Part shown: positions 24,206 to 32,000 of the stretch, in pieces
How the letters are laid out: each line of letters begins with the position of its first letter
Numbering within the stretch: the stretch's first letter is position 1
DNA from: Opitutales bacterium
GTDB lineage: Bacteria; Verrucomicrobiota; Verrucomicrobiia; Opitutales; PNEW01
Length of the DNA: 32,000 bases
Direction of reading: 5' to 3'
Assembly: GCA_965219535.1 (NCBI GenBank)
Contig: CBDCNV010000001.1
Span: forward strand, 1,200,001 to 1,232,000
Notes under the pieces: generated by a model
Databases searched by the model: none
Told to the model about the DNA's origin: nothing
The model's input: the letters and a program-made list of their open reading frames with translations, nothing else
Made by a program: the position numbers and the translations under genes

Positions 24206-24985
24206 CTAACTAAACGATGCAAAGTTTAGGACCAATTCTCTGCTGCGTATTAGCGCATCGAGAGGATTGGTCAGTTTCGCGCTCAATTCCAGGCTGACGG
24301 GTCCACTATATTGAATCTTTTCAAGCGCCTCAAAGGTCTGGCGAAGAGAATTTTCAGTCTGGACTCCGTCCGTCAGGGCCCAGTGTAAATCGCCATGGCC
24401 GTCGTTGTCGTCCAAATGGACATATCCAAGTTTGGGTCCGGCGGAGGCGATGACTTCGGCCGGGTCTTCGTTAGATATTTGTGTGTGCCCAATATCGAGA
24501 AGAAGATAGAGATTGGGATGATCGATGCCCCGTATAAAGCTGAGTGTTGCAGAGGCGGTTGGGAATGCACTACCGGGAAAGTGTTCGATGCAGAGTTTTA
24601 ATCCGAGTGTGGAAGCCAGATCGGTAAGGGTGGAATATGAACGCGCATAGCGGGAGAGGGCCTCAGGACTCCCATCTGTGCCCGGTACGAGGTAGGCGAC
24701 TTTAGCACCGAGATTTTTACCATATTCAAGGGCCTTTCCGGTATAGGCTAACGCCTGGGCAGTTGAAGACGGGTCCTCACTATCGAGTGCTACGCCTTCT
24801 GGGATGCCAAAAGATGCGGCGAGACAAGAAACCTGAAGATTGAGGTGATGAATACGCGTTTGAATGTCTTCAGGATTAAAGACAAAGGGTTGAAGATCAA
24901 TACACCTGAAACCCGCGTTGGCGATCTGAGTTAATACTTCTTCTTCCGGCCCGCTAAGGGCCCATATACAACAGGATAATTCCAT
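24206..24985 (-). CDS. Sugar-phosphate isomerase/epimerase (xylose-isomerase-like TIM barrel)
   Basis: LCIEHFPG, LLLDIGH and YVHLDDNDGHGD metal-site-like motifs. I prefer the internal ATG at 24985 (MELSCCIWAL) over the track start at 25042. Confidence 0.75.
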   Translation of the reverse strand: MELSCCIWALSGPEEEVLTQIANAGFRCIDLQPFVFNPEDIQTRIHHLNLQVSCLAASFGIPEGVALDSEDPSSTAQALAYTGKALEYGKNLGAKVAYLVPGTDGSPEALSRYARSYSTLTDLASTLGLKLCIEHFPGSAFPTASATLSFIRGIDHPNLYLLLDIGHTQISNEDPAEVIASAGPKLGYVHLDDNDGHGDLHWALTDGVQTENSLRQTFEALEKIQYSGPVSLELSAKLTNPLDALIRSRELVLNFASFS

Positions 24986-25061
24986 GTGAATTGAAACCGA
25001 ATAGTAGAGCGCGAATTTATAAAATAAAGAATTAAGATCCAAATACGTTTAAAATAATATT

Positions 25062-25182
25062 TTCGTCTTCGTCTGCGTTTGCCTCTTCGTCCCTGTTATT
25101 GCAAGCCGTGAAAAAAAGAGGACGAATACGATAAGGCAGACCCGTCTTCACAGAAACCTTCAACGTGGCAAGCGAAGACGAA
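25062..25182 (+). repeat. Solo HEAD hairpin repeat
   Basis: ttcgtcttcg (25062-25071) pairs with cgaagacgaa (25173-25182). Internally, gcctcttcgtccctgttattgcaagccgtg...aagaggacgaatacgataaggcagac is homologous to 1700-1770. Confidence 0.7.
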
Positions 25183-25201
25183 GCTATTTTGATACCCCAT
25201 A

Positions 25202-27157
25202 TCACTGGTCGCGATAGGGTTGGAGGAACTCATCAATTCGCGTGTAAAGTTCAATTTTATTTTTCGTTTTTTTGAATCCATGACCTTCATCCTTCTTAAC
25301 CAGCCACGCGTAATCCTTGTTTTCTTTGATTAATCCTGCGCGCAACCTCTTTGCTTGATTGATGGGTACCCTGGAATCTCGTGTTCCATGGACAATGAAT
25401 ACAGGGGCCTGAATACGTTCCAGGTAATTGACAGGTGAGTAGGCATTGAGCATCTCTTTATCTGCTTTAGGGTCTCCAATTGTTTTCGTATAATAAGCAT
25501 AAGCAATCTTCTGCCTCCATTTTTTTCGCCAATTGATGAGGCCGACTAAATCTATCGGGCCAAAAGCGGTAATACCAAATTGATACAGTTCCGGATAGAA
25601 AACCAATTGAGCCATCGTAGCATAGCCACCATAACTAGAGCCGTAGATGCCAATACGGTTCCGATCAACGATACCCTGTTCCACAACCCAATTGATTCCG
25701 TCAACTAAGTCTGTTTGCATCGTTGTTCCCCAAAGTTTGTCCCCTGCGTGAAGGAATTCACGGCCATAGCCCTGTGAGGAACGAAAATTGATTTGTAAAA
25801 CAACAAATCCCCGGCTGGCGAGAAATTGTAATTCCGGATTATAGCCCCATGAATCTCTTACCCAGGGCCCTCCATGGGGATGCACAATGAAGGGGAGATT
25901 TTTATGTTTTTTACCGTTAGGCAAAGTCAAATAACCGTGCAAAGTGACCCCATCGCGTGCTTTAAATACAATGGGTTTCATTTCGCTCAAGCGTGTAGGT
26001 TCAATAATGCTGTTGTCAGCTAAGATTTCAAAATCCAATCTCCCCTCTATAATACTGAGGAGCGAATAAATTACCGGATGACGGTCACTGTAACTGGCAA
26101 TCACAAGACGTGAATGATCATCACTCACATTGGTGATAACACTGATTAAGCCCGGGAATTTGAGGTCGAGAAATTCCTGGATCATTTGTTTTTCTTTATG
26201 AAACCAATAAGATTGCAGTTTATCAGTTTCAAAATAAACCCCCACGGGTTTTTGAATAAAATCGGACAGAATTAAGTGAGAAACATCATTCGATTGGCAC
26301 TCATAGAGTAACCTTCCGCGTTTACGTGTTTTTAAATTAAACTCATACAGGGCGGCTACTTCGCGGTCGATATCGCTCGAGATGTAAAGGATGTTGCGGT
26401 CATATCCAAATGGCTGCTGCGGTGGTCTTAAATTTTGAAAGTGTTCCCTGTTTTGAGGTCCAGCAGGAGACCATTTTTTTTCCTTGAAGGAGAAATTGGC
26501 GATCATTTCCCATTCCGCGCCCTCTCTTTCCCGATAATGATAGCTCGTATTGCGATCAATGTCCTTTGCCTCGGCGAGGCGAACATCGCTGTTTTGATCG
26601 GTAAACCATTTTGTGAAAGTACCGGGATTTGCAACACTTAGAACTTTCCCACCATCTTTGATGTTCAGGCGATAGACATCAGGATAATCGACATTCTTTT
26701 CGTTGTTCACGACAAGAATTTCATCGTGAGATTTTTTGAGGAGATCTAAAGGCCAGGTGTAGCGAAATACAAAACTGCCGGTGGATTTTAGTGGTGGAAC
26801 CAGGACCCTTGGGTTTTCCCCATCGCGATCAACTGCGAATAGTCCCCACGATTCATTTCCGTGGTAATCCATGGTGAAAACCAGTCGATCATCATTTCCC
26901 CAAAAATAATCTTTGATCGTCTGATCCTTAATAGCGGTTACTCTTACCGGGGTGCGGGATTTCAAATCGATAACATAGAGGTTTGTCGCGCCTTTCCAGT
27001 CTGCCAATGCGGACAAGTACTTTCCATTTGGGGAAACGCGAAACTTGCTAAAACCGGTGCTTTTAAAAAATGATTCAACTGGGATATCGTCGGCCCAAAG
27101 TTGGAGCCCCATAATGCTCAAGATAAAGCTGAGAAATCCTGCTACCCATATTTTCAT
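25202..27157 (-). CDS. S9 family serine peptidase (prolyl oligopeptidase / dipeptidyl aminopeptidase-like), secreted
   Basis: Signal peptide MKIWVAGFLSFILSIMGLQLWA, an N-terminal propeller-like region, and a catalytic domain with GSSYGGY, VHGTRDSRV and DEGHGF. Confidence 0.85.
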   Translation of the reverse strand: MKIWVAGFLSFILSIMGLQLWADDIPVESFFKSTGFSKFRVSPNGKYLSALADWKGATNLYVIDLKSRTPVRVTAIKDQTIKDYFWGNDDRLVFTMDYHGNESWGLFAVDRDGENPRVLVPPLKSTGSFVFRYTWPLDLLKKSHDEILVVNNEKNVDYPDVYRLNIKDGGKVLSVANPGTFTKWFTDQNSDVRLAEAKDIDRNTSYHYREREGAEWEMIANFSFKEKKWSPAGPQNREHFQNLRPPQQPFGYDRNILYISSDIDREVAALYEFNLKTRKRGRLLYECQSNDVSHLILSDFIQKPVGVYFETDKLQSYWFHKEKQMIQEFLDLKFPGLISVITNVSDDHSRLVIASYSDRHPVIYSLLSIIEGRLDFEILADNSIIEPTRLSEMKPIVFKARDGVTLHGYLTLPNGKKHKNLPFIVHPHGGPWVRDSWGYNPELQFLASRGFVVLQINFRSSQGYGREFLHAGDKLWGTTMQTDLVDGINWVVEQGIVDRNRIGIYGSSYGGYATMAQLVFYPELYQFGITAFGPIDLVGLINWRKKWRQKIAYAYYTKTIGDPKADKEMLNAYSPVNYLERIQAPVFIVHGTRDSRVPINQAKRLRAGLIKENKDYAWLVKKDEGHGFKKTKNKIELYTRIDEFLQPYRDQ

Positions 27158-27160
27158 CGT

Positions 27161-29890
27161 TCAGAATCTCTTCTTTAACGATAAAAAGACCATCCGACCA
27201 TAGGGGTTGTGAGCGCCGTTATTTTCATCATAGCCTTCAGATCGAGTTACGTCGGCAGGGGGATCGCGATCAAATAAATTACGGAAACCAAGCGTAATGT
27301 CCATGTCCCACAGACCGGAATAAGTAAGATTTAAATCAATGTTGGTAAAACTGCCTACTTGGGGAACGCCAACATATATGGTCTGATAACCCGATGAATA
27401 ATTAGCGGCGAGAAAAGCAGAGAAATCACGATTACTGCTGATCCATTGCAGGGAATTACGCGTTTGAAACTCCGGTACTCCTCTGAAACCGGTGAGATCG
27501 AAACCACCACTGACGAACTGGTCAAAGAAAACAGTGTAACTTCGCAACCAGAAATCGCCCTGTGTCTGAGTCCGATAATGGTAAAACAATTCAAAGTCGA
27601 GACCCTGAAGATCTACCCCCTCAAAATTCCTCTGTTCGTTGAGGATAAAATCAATGTGCCCCGGCACGGTGAAGCCACCATAAAATGTATTCGGATTTCT
27701 AAAAATTCCGGTTGTCTCTCCACGGGTCTCGGGATCCATCGTTAAAAAAGCTAAAGGGTCTTCATTGTATAAATTAACTTCTCGCTGAAGCAGACCGAGC
27801 GTCCTCCTAGTACTGATTACATTCTCAATTTCTAATCGCCAAAAATTAACACCAATCGTTAAATCCTTTATCTTTGCCGGGTTATATACGACACCGATAT
27901 TAAAATATTGTGATTCTTCCGGTTCGAGATTTGGGTTGCCGGTCGTTCGGACATCACGTGACCTGAAATCATCAAATGGAAAGGGCATTCCTGTTTCTTG
28001 ATTAAAGGTTAAGCTATAGCGCAGCAAATCGCGCTCTTGGATAAAGCCACGAGTGGTACCACCAAAAGCCTGTTCCAAAGAGGGTGCTTGAAACCCTTCC
28101 GCATACGATGCGCGTACTAGTAACTTAGAGGATGGTTGAAAGTTTAAACCTATTTTTGGATTAACTGATTTACCAAAATCACTGTATTCTTCGCGACGCA
28201 GAGCAAAATGACTTTCCAGCCAGGGAGTTAAGGGAATCGCCAGTTCCCCATAAATGGCGTTGATATCTCGATCTCCCTTTGCGGATGTGCCTCCCGAACC
28301 GAAGAGAAGAAAATTTTCTGCGAGATCAGATTGGTTTCTCACCATCGACTCCTCACGGTACTCGCCACCCAAATACCCCAATACTTTACCTGCTCGTAAT
28401 TCAAAGAGTTCGGTACTGATGCCTCCGCTGAATTGATTGAATTCTCTTTTCCCATAGCGGACGTCATCTGTTGTTATGCGGTTGTAGATCGCCTCATTAT
28501 TGTCTTCGCCCGGGCCCGAAGCAAATGGGTTGAGCGCATCGGCACCAGATGCGTTTAAAGCTTCCTGAAATAAGTCAACGCGTATCAGATTGGTGGACAG
28601 ATTATTGACTTCGCTTTGGGTCTCGAGATAAGCAATTTCCCATCGCGTTGCCGTTCCAATCTGACCATCGAGTCCCATAACCACGCGTAACGATTCAGAG
28701 TCTATTTCAAAAAGACGAGGCCCTGTATCGGTTGGTCGCAATAGAACGTCGGTTAAATCTATCCCTTCGGGAACTATATTGACGGTCGGATTATAGGGGT
28801 TAGTTGACGGAATAGTGAAACTACGGTCCAGGGGGGAAGGTGCAAATTGAGATTCCGATTTATTTTTCTGGTAACTAAACTCAGTGAAAAATGCGATGTT
28901 ATCGCTGAGCTCGTAGTTGCCAATCAAGGTGGCGCCGCGTCGTTCGGCGGCGCTTATTGCGGTTTTGAACTCATTGAAGTTAAACCGCTCATAGGAATTT
29001 GCAGTTTCAGAGCTTCCATCGCCGATAAAAAAAAAGGCGTCGCTTCCGAAGGTGAATGAGAATATTCCCGGATAAGAAGCCCAGTCGCGTAAATCGAACC
29101 CCCCTTTATCCGAGTGATCTGCACTTGCTGAGAATGAACGGTCACTCAATCTGATGGAATTGCGATTCAGGTAATTGATGAACACGGCGAGGTTTGACTT
29201 TGGCGAGCTTCCACCCCACGCGATATCAACCTTGGTATTGGAGAAGTCATCACCTCGTGTCGTGTTACCATAGTAGGTTTGTACCTCGGCTCCTTCAAAA
29301 TCTTTACGTAGTATAAAATTTATAACTCCGGCGTGCGCATCAGAACCATAAATGGCTGAGCCCCCTTCTTTCAGTATTTCAATTTTTTCAAGTGCGCCAA
29401 CGGGGATAGCGTTTAAGTCTACAAAATTTACCCCTCTCCCTGTTGAAAAGGCATAGGGAGCTAACCTGCGCCCATTAAGCAGTACCAGCGTCCCCCCAAC
29501 TCCCGTCCCACGCAAGTTGGCTTGCGCGCCATCACCGGCAAAAGATCCCGACTGGTCCGCTTCGGAGGCTCCTGCGGTTATCGGCAGCTGACGGATAAGG
29601 TCTGAAATTTGTGGAGATTGGATCAGACTAATCTCTTCTCGGTCTACGGTAAAGAGGGGAGCTGCTGTTTCGAGGTGGATACTTTTTATTCGTGAACCGG
29701 TAATCAGTAAGTCTTCCATCTCGACTACTGCCTCTTCATCCTCCGGTTTGTTCTTACTAATTGTTTTTTCTTTTTCTTCCCGTGGCTGTCCTTCAGCCGT
29801 AGCAGATTCATCAGCATAAATGAAGCTACCCGTTAACGATAACAAGCATAGCGTGATCAAGGTCCCAACGAATTGGATGAAGCTTTGCAT
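27161..29890 (-). CDS. TonB-dependent outer-membrane receptor
   Basis: 909 aa with a signal peptide, plug-domain motifs (LLITGSRIK, NLRGTG..GTLVLLNGRR, IEILKEGGSAIYGSDA) and a C-terminal beta-barrel ending in an aromatic residue (...LSLKKRF). Confidence 0.9.
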   Translation of the reverse strand: MQSFIQFVGTLITLCLLSLTGSFIYADESATAEGQPREEKEKTISKNKPEDEEAVVEMEDLLITGSRIKSIHLETAAPLFTVDREEISLIQSPQISDLIRQLPITAGASEADQSGSFAGDGAQANLRGTGVGGTLVLLNGRRLAPYAFSTGRGVNFVDLNAIPVGALEKIEILKEGGSAIYGSDAHAGVINFILRKDFEGAEVQTYYGNTTRGDDFSNTKVDIAWGGSSPKSNLAVFINYLNRNSIRLSDRSFSASADHSDKGGFDLRDWASYPGIFSFTFGSDAFFFIGDGSSETANSYERFNFNEFKTAISAAERRGATLIGNYELSDNIAFFTEFSYQKNKSESQFAPSPLDRSFTIPSTNPYNPTVNIVPEGIDLTDVLLRPTDTGPRLFEIDSESLRVVMGLDGQIGTATRWEIAYLETQSEVNNLSTNLIRVDLFQEALNASGADALNPFASGPGEDNNEAIYNRITTDDVRYGKREFNQFSGGISTELFELRAGKVLGYLGGEYREESMVRNQSDLAENFLLFGSGGTSAKGDRDINAIYGELAIPLTPWLESHFALRREEYSDFGKSVNPKIGLNFQPSSKLLVRASYAEGFQAPSLEQAFGGTTRGFIQERDLLRYSLTFNQETGMPFPFDDFRSRDVRTTGNPNLEPEESQYFNIGVVYNPAKIKDLTIGVNFWRLEIENVISTRRTLGLLQREVNLYNEDPLAFLTMDPETRGETTGIFRNPNTFYGGFTVPGHIDFILNEQRNFEGVDLQGLDFELFYHYRTQTQGDFWLRSYTVFFDQFVSGGFDLTGFRGVPEFQTRNSLQWISSNRDFSAFLAANYSSGYQTIYVGVPQVGSFTNIDLNLTYSGLWDMDITLGFRNLFDRDPPADVTRSEGYDENNGAHNPYGRMVFLSLKKRF

Positions 29891-30115
29891 TAAAAGGGGT
29901 ATTTAGAGTCTGTATTATAGATTTTAATCTTCACTGAGCAAACCCTTTCTATTCGATTACTAACAGCTGAATTAGGAGGATAAACGCTTATGCTATATCA
30001 TCATCTATACCTAAAATAATTATTTCATTGCCGTGAAATGTTAAAATTTAATATAAAATTAATTTTCTAACTGCCTAATCGAATAATATATTCTAAATTT
30101 TCAGGAATCCAAACG

Positions 30116-30958
30116 ATGATTGTTGATTGTCATACCCATCTCTCGACAAATGAACAGTGGGGTGAGGTTTTTTTAAATGAATTCGCTGTCGCCTATAAAA
30201 AAAGCGGGATTGATTTGCACGTTACTCCGGAGAGGCATTGGAAAGCCTCTGCATCCGCAGATAAAGTCATTGTCTTTGGAATTAACTCACAATTTTTAAA
30301 GATGAATACGCCGAATGATCAAATCGCGGATTATGCGAACGCTCATCCAGATAAAGTTATTGGTTTTATGTCAATTGATCCAAATGAATCAGGGGCAATC
30401 GAAGAGCTGGAAAGGAGTGTGCATGATTTAAAACTACGCGGCATTAAAATGAGTCCCGTATATCAGTACTATGAGCCGATGGATGAACGCGTGCAGGAGA
30501 TTTATAAACGCGCGGTAAAATACAATCTTCCTATCCTGACCCATTCCGCATTTCAGATGATACCGCAAACGCCCATGAAATGGGCGAATCCTTTACTCTT
30601 TGACGAAGTCGGAATTCGCTATCCCGATTTAAAAGTCATAATCGCCCATGTCGGTATCCCCTGGTATGAAGATGCCATGGTCGTAGTGAGAAAACATCAC
30701 AATTTCTATGCAGATATTTCCGGGATAATGACCAAACCCAATTGGGGTTACCAGGCTTTGCTTGCTTTTCATGAATTCCGTATTGCGCACAAGTTATTAT
30801 TCGGAACAGATTTTCCCTTTGTTACGGTCGAGGATACAATCGAAGGCTTGCGCAATGCCAATCAAGTCATACCCGATAAGGGGATGACTGAAATTCCCCA
30901 AACTTTAATTGAAGAAATAATTCACCGAGAAACCTTAACCCTTCTCGGCCTCGATTAA
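30116..30958 (+). CDS. Amidohydrolase-2-type metal-dependent hydrolase (TIM barrel)
   Basis: MIVDCHTHL at the N-terminus, ILTHSA, IIAHVGIPW and FGTDFPF; 280 aa. Confidence 0.75.
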   Translation: MIVDCHTHLSTNEQWGEVFLNEFAVAYKKSGIDLHVTPERHWKASASADKVIVFGINSQFLKMNTPNDQIADYANAHPDKVIGFMSIDPNESGAIEELERSVHDLKLRGIKMSPVYQYYEPMDERVQEIYKRAVKYNLPILTHSAFQMIPQTPMKWANPLLFDEVGIRYPDLKVIIAHVGIPWYEDAMVVVRKHHNFYADISGIMTKPNWGYQALLAFHEFRIAHKLLFGTDFPFVTVEDTIEGLRNANQVIPDKGMTEIPQTLIEEIIHRETLTLLGLD

Positions 30959-31079
30959 TCTTAATAGACTTCGCGCTTTAACCCAGCGACGGAAATCGCA
31001 CCCACGCATACACTCTTTATCATCGTAGTTTGCCCCATCTGTTTATCCTTAATCACTGCAATGTGGGACAAAATGACGA

Positions 31080-32000
31080 TTACTTTTTTATTTTGTGACC
31101 GCTTTTATTTCCCAAGCCGTCGTAAGCTGCATACTTATAAAGTTCGTGCAAGGTGGGGGAATTAATTGCAATCGATATACAATATTCAATCGGTTTTTTG
31201 CTTTCCACCAAAACCATGTCGAAATGTATAAGTTCAGTTGCAATCGGTCCGATAATATGAACGCCTAAAATTGTATTATCCGCGCGATTAAAAACTATTT
31301 TTAGAAACCCCTGTTTTGTCCCCATGATTCGACCGCGCGTTAGATCACTGTAACGTGCGCGACCTGCGCAGACATCGAAGTTTTGATCTAAGGCTTCTTT
31401 TTCCGTTAGTCCAATCATTGAAACTTCAGGCACTGTGTACATGCCCAGGGGATACTGGTCGGCGATATGTTCTACATCCGATAGACCAAACATGTGCGCA
31501 ACGGCTACGCGTCCCTGGTCCATGCTAATACTCGCGAGCGCTGGAAAGCCAATCACATCGCCCACGGCGAAAATGTTTGGCGTATTACTCCGATACTCTT
31601 TATCGACGATAATTGTTTCACGTTTCCCCGTTTTTAACCCTGCATTTTCACAATGCAAGGTGCCAATATTACCGCAACGGCCAGCTCCATAGAGAAACAT
31701 ATCTGCTTCAATAGTAACATCGGATGTGAGTTTCGCGTAAGCCTTTTTACCATCGTCAGTTTCTTTGATCGCCACGCTCTCAACCCGGGTATCAAAGAGT
31801 ATTTCGACCTTATCGCGTTTCATTTGTTCAACGAGAGCATTAGATATCTCCCCATCCAGAAATTGAAGGATCTTATTGTGACTGTTTACAAGATAGACTT
31901 TGCTGCCAAGCGTTGAGAAAATTGTCGCGTACTCACAGCCAATCACTCCCGCTCCCACAATGCAGATGGTCTCCGGCATGCGGTCTATTTCAAGAATAGT
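31080..32000 (-). CDS. sthA: Soluble pyridine nucleotide transhydrogenase-like flavoprotein (N-terminus beyond the right window edge)
   Basis: IVGAGVIGCEYATIF, AVGDVIGFPALAS, DQGR, and the TVPEVSMIGLTE...FLKIVF...ILGVHIIG..ATELIH pattern closely parallel E. coli SthA as I remember it. The reading frame stays open from 31979 to 32000. Confidence 0.7.
   Translation of the reverse strand, partial: TILEIDRMPETICIVGAGVIGCEYATIFSTLGSKVYLVNSHNKILQFLDGEISNALVEQMKRDKVEILFDTRVESVAIKETDDGKKAYAKLTSDVTIEADMFLYGAGRCGNIGTLHCENAGLKTGKRETIIVDKEYRSNTPNIFAVGDVIGFPALASISMDQGRVAVAHMFGLSDVEHIADQYPLGMYTVPEVSMIGLTEKEALDQNFDVCAGRARYSDLTRGRIMGTKQGFLKIVFNRADNTILGVHIIGPIATELIHFDMVLVESKKPIEYCISIAINSPTLHELYKYAAYDGLGNKSGHKIKK

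Noticed and set aside
25096-25290. 64-aa minus-strand ORF spanning the solo HEAD repeat and the 3' end of the S9 peptidase gene
   Set aside because: It overlaps the well-supported peptidase ORF in another frame, and its remainder is repeat DNA.
29891-30115. Possible riboswitch or leader upstream of the TonB-dependent receptor
   Set aside because: The region is AT-rich and unstructured by eye. It has no B12-box-like or other conserved riboswitch core that I could recognise, so it is most simply a divergent promoter region.

Overview
This is a 32-kb chromosomal segment from a moderately AT-rich Gram-negative bacterium. The gene content includes two PhyH-type dioxygenases, a TonB-dependent receptor coupled to an S9 peptidase, an SSS symporter, an SMP-30 lactonase, a CocE/NonD hydrolase and SthA. 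That fits an aquatic heterotroph, but taxonomy cannot be settled from the sequence alone. I can support 28 protein-coding loci, two of which are knocked out of frame at simple-sequence tracts, plus one IS481-type insertion sequence. I found no rRNA, tRNA or CRISPR array. The most unusual content is non-coding. (1) Two gene-free regions of about 0.8-0.9 kb (1529-2344 and 13478-14369) are built from the same modules. Each has a ~235-nt nested-palindrome core with GTAG-prefixed hairpins (REP/REPIN-like, two copies that are roughly nine-tenths identical), bracketed by direct copies of a second hairpin repeat (AATCTTCGTCTTCG...GACGAAGA) whose loop carries variable inserts. A solo copy of that hairpin sits at 25062-25182. 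(2) Degenerate 7-8-nt tandem arrays lie immediately downstream of several stop codons. Two of them form long inverted-repeat foldbacks, and the IS appears to have landed inside one. (3) The IS ends carry 25-bp-phased subterminal repeats, and the IS is clearly GC-richer than its surroundings. Coding-side curiosities are as follows. The two tandem PhyH paralogues have H-H-G and T-Q-G where the iron-binding HxD motif is expected. A short SSB paralogue lacks an acidic tail and sits behind a 20-bp GAAC-N4-GTTT palindrome. A seven-gene co-directional catabolic cluster of unknown substrate contains one conspicuously GC-rich gene. All functional calls come from motif recognition by eye, and no database search was possible.
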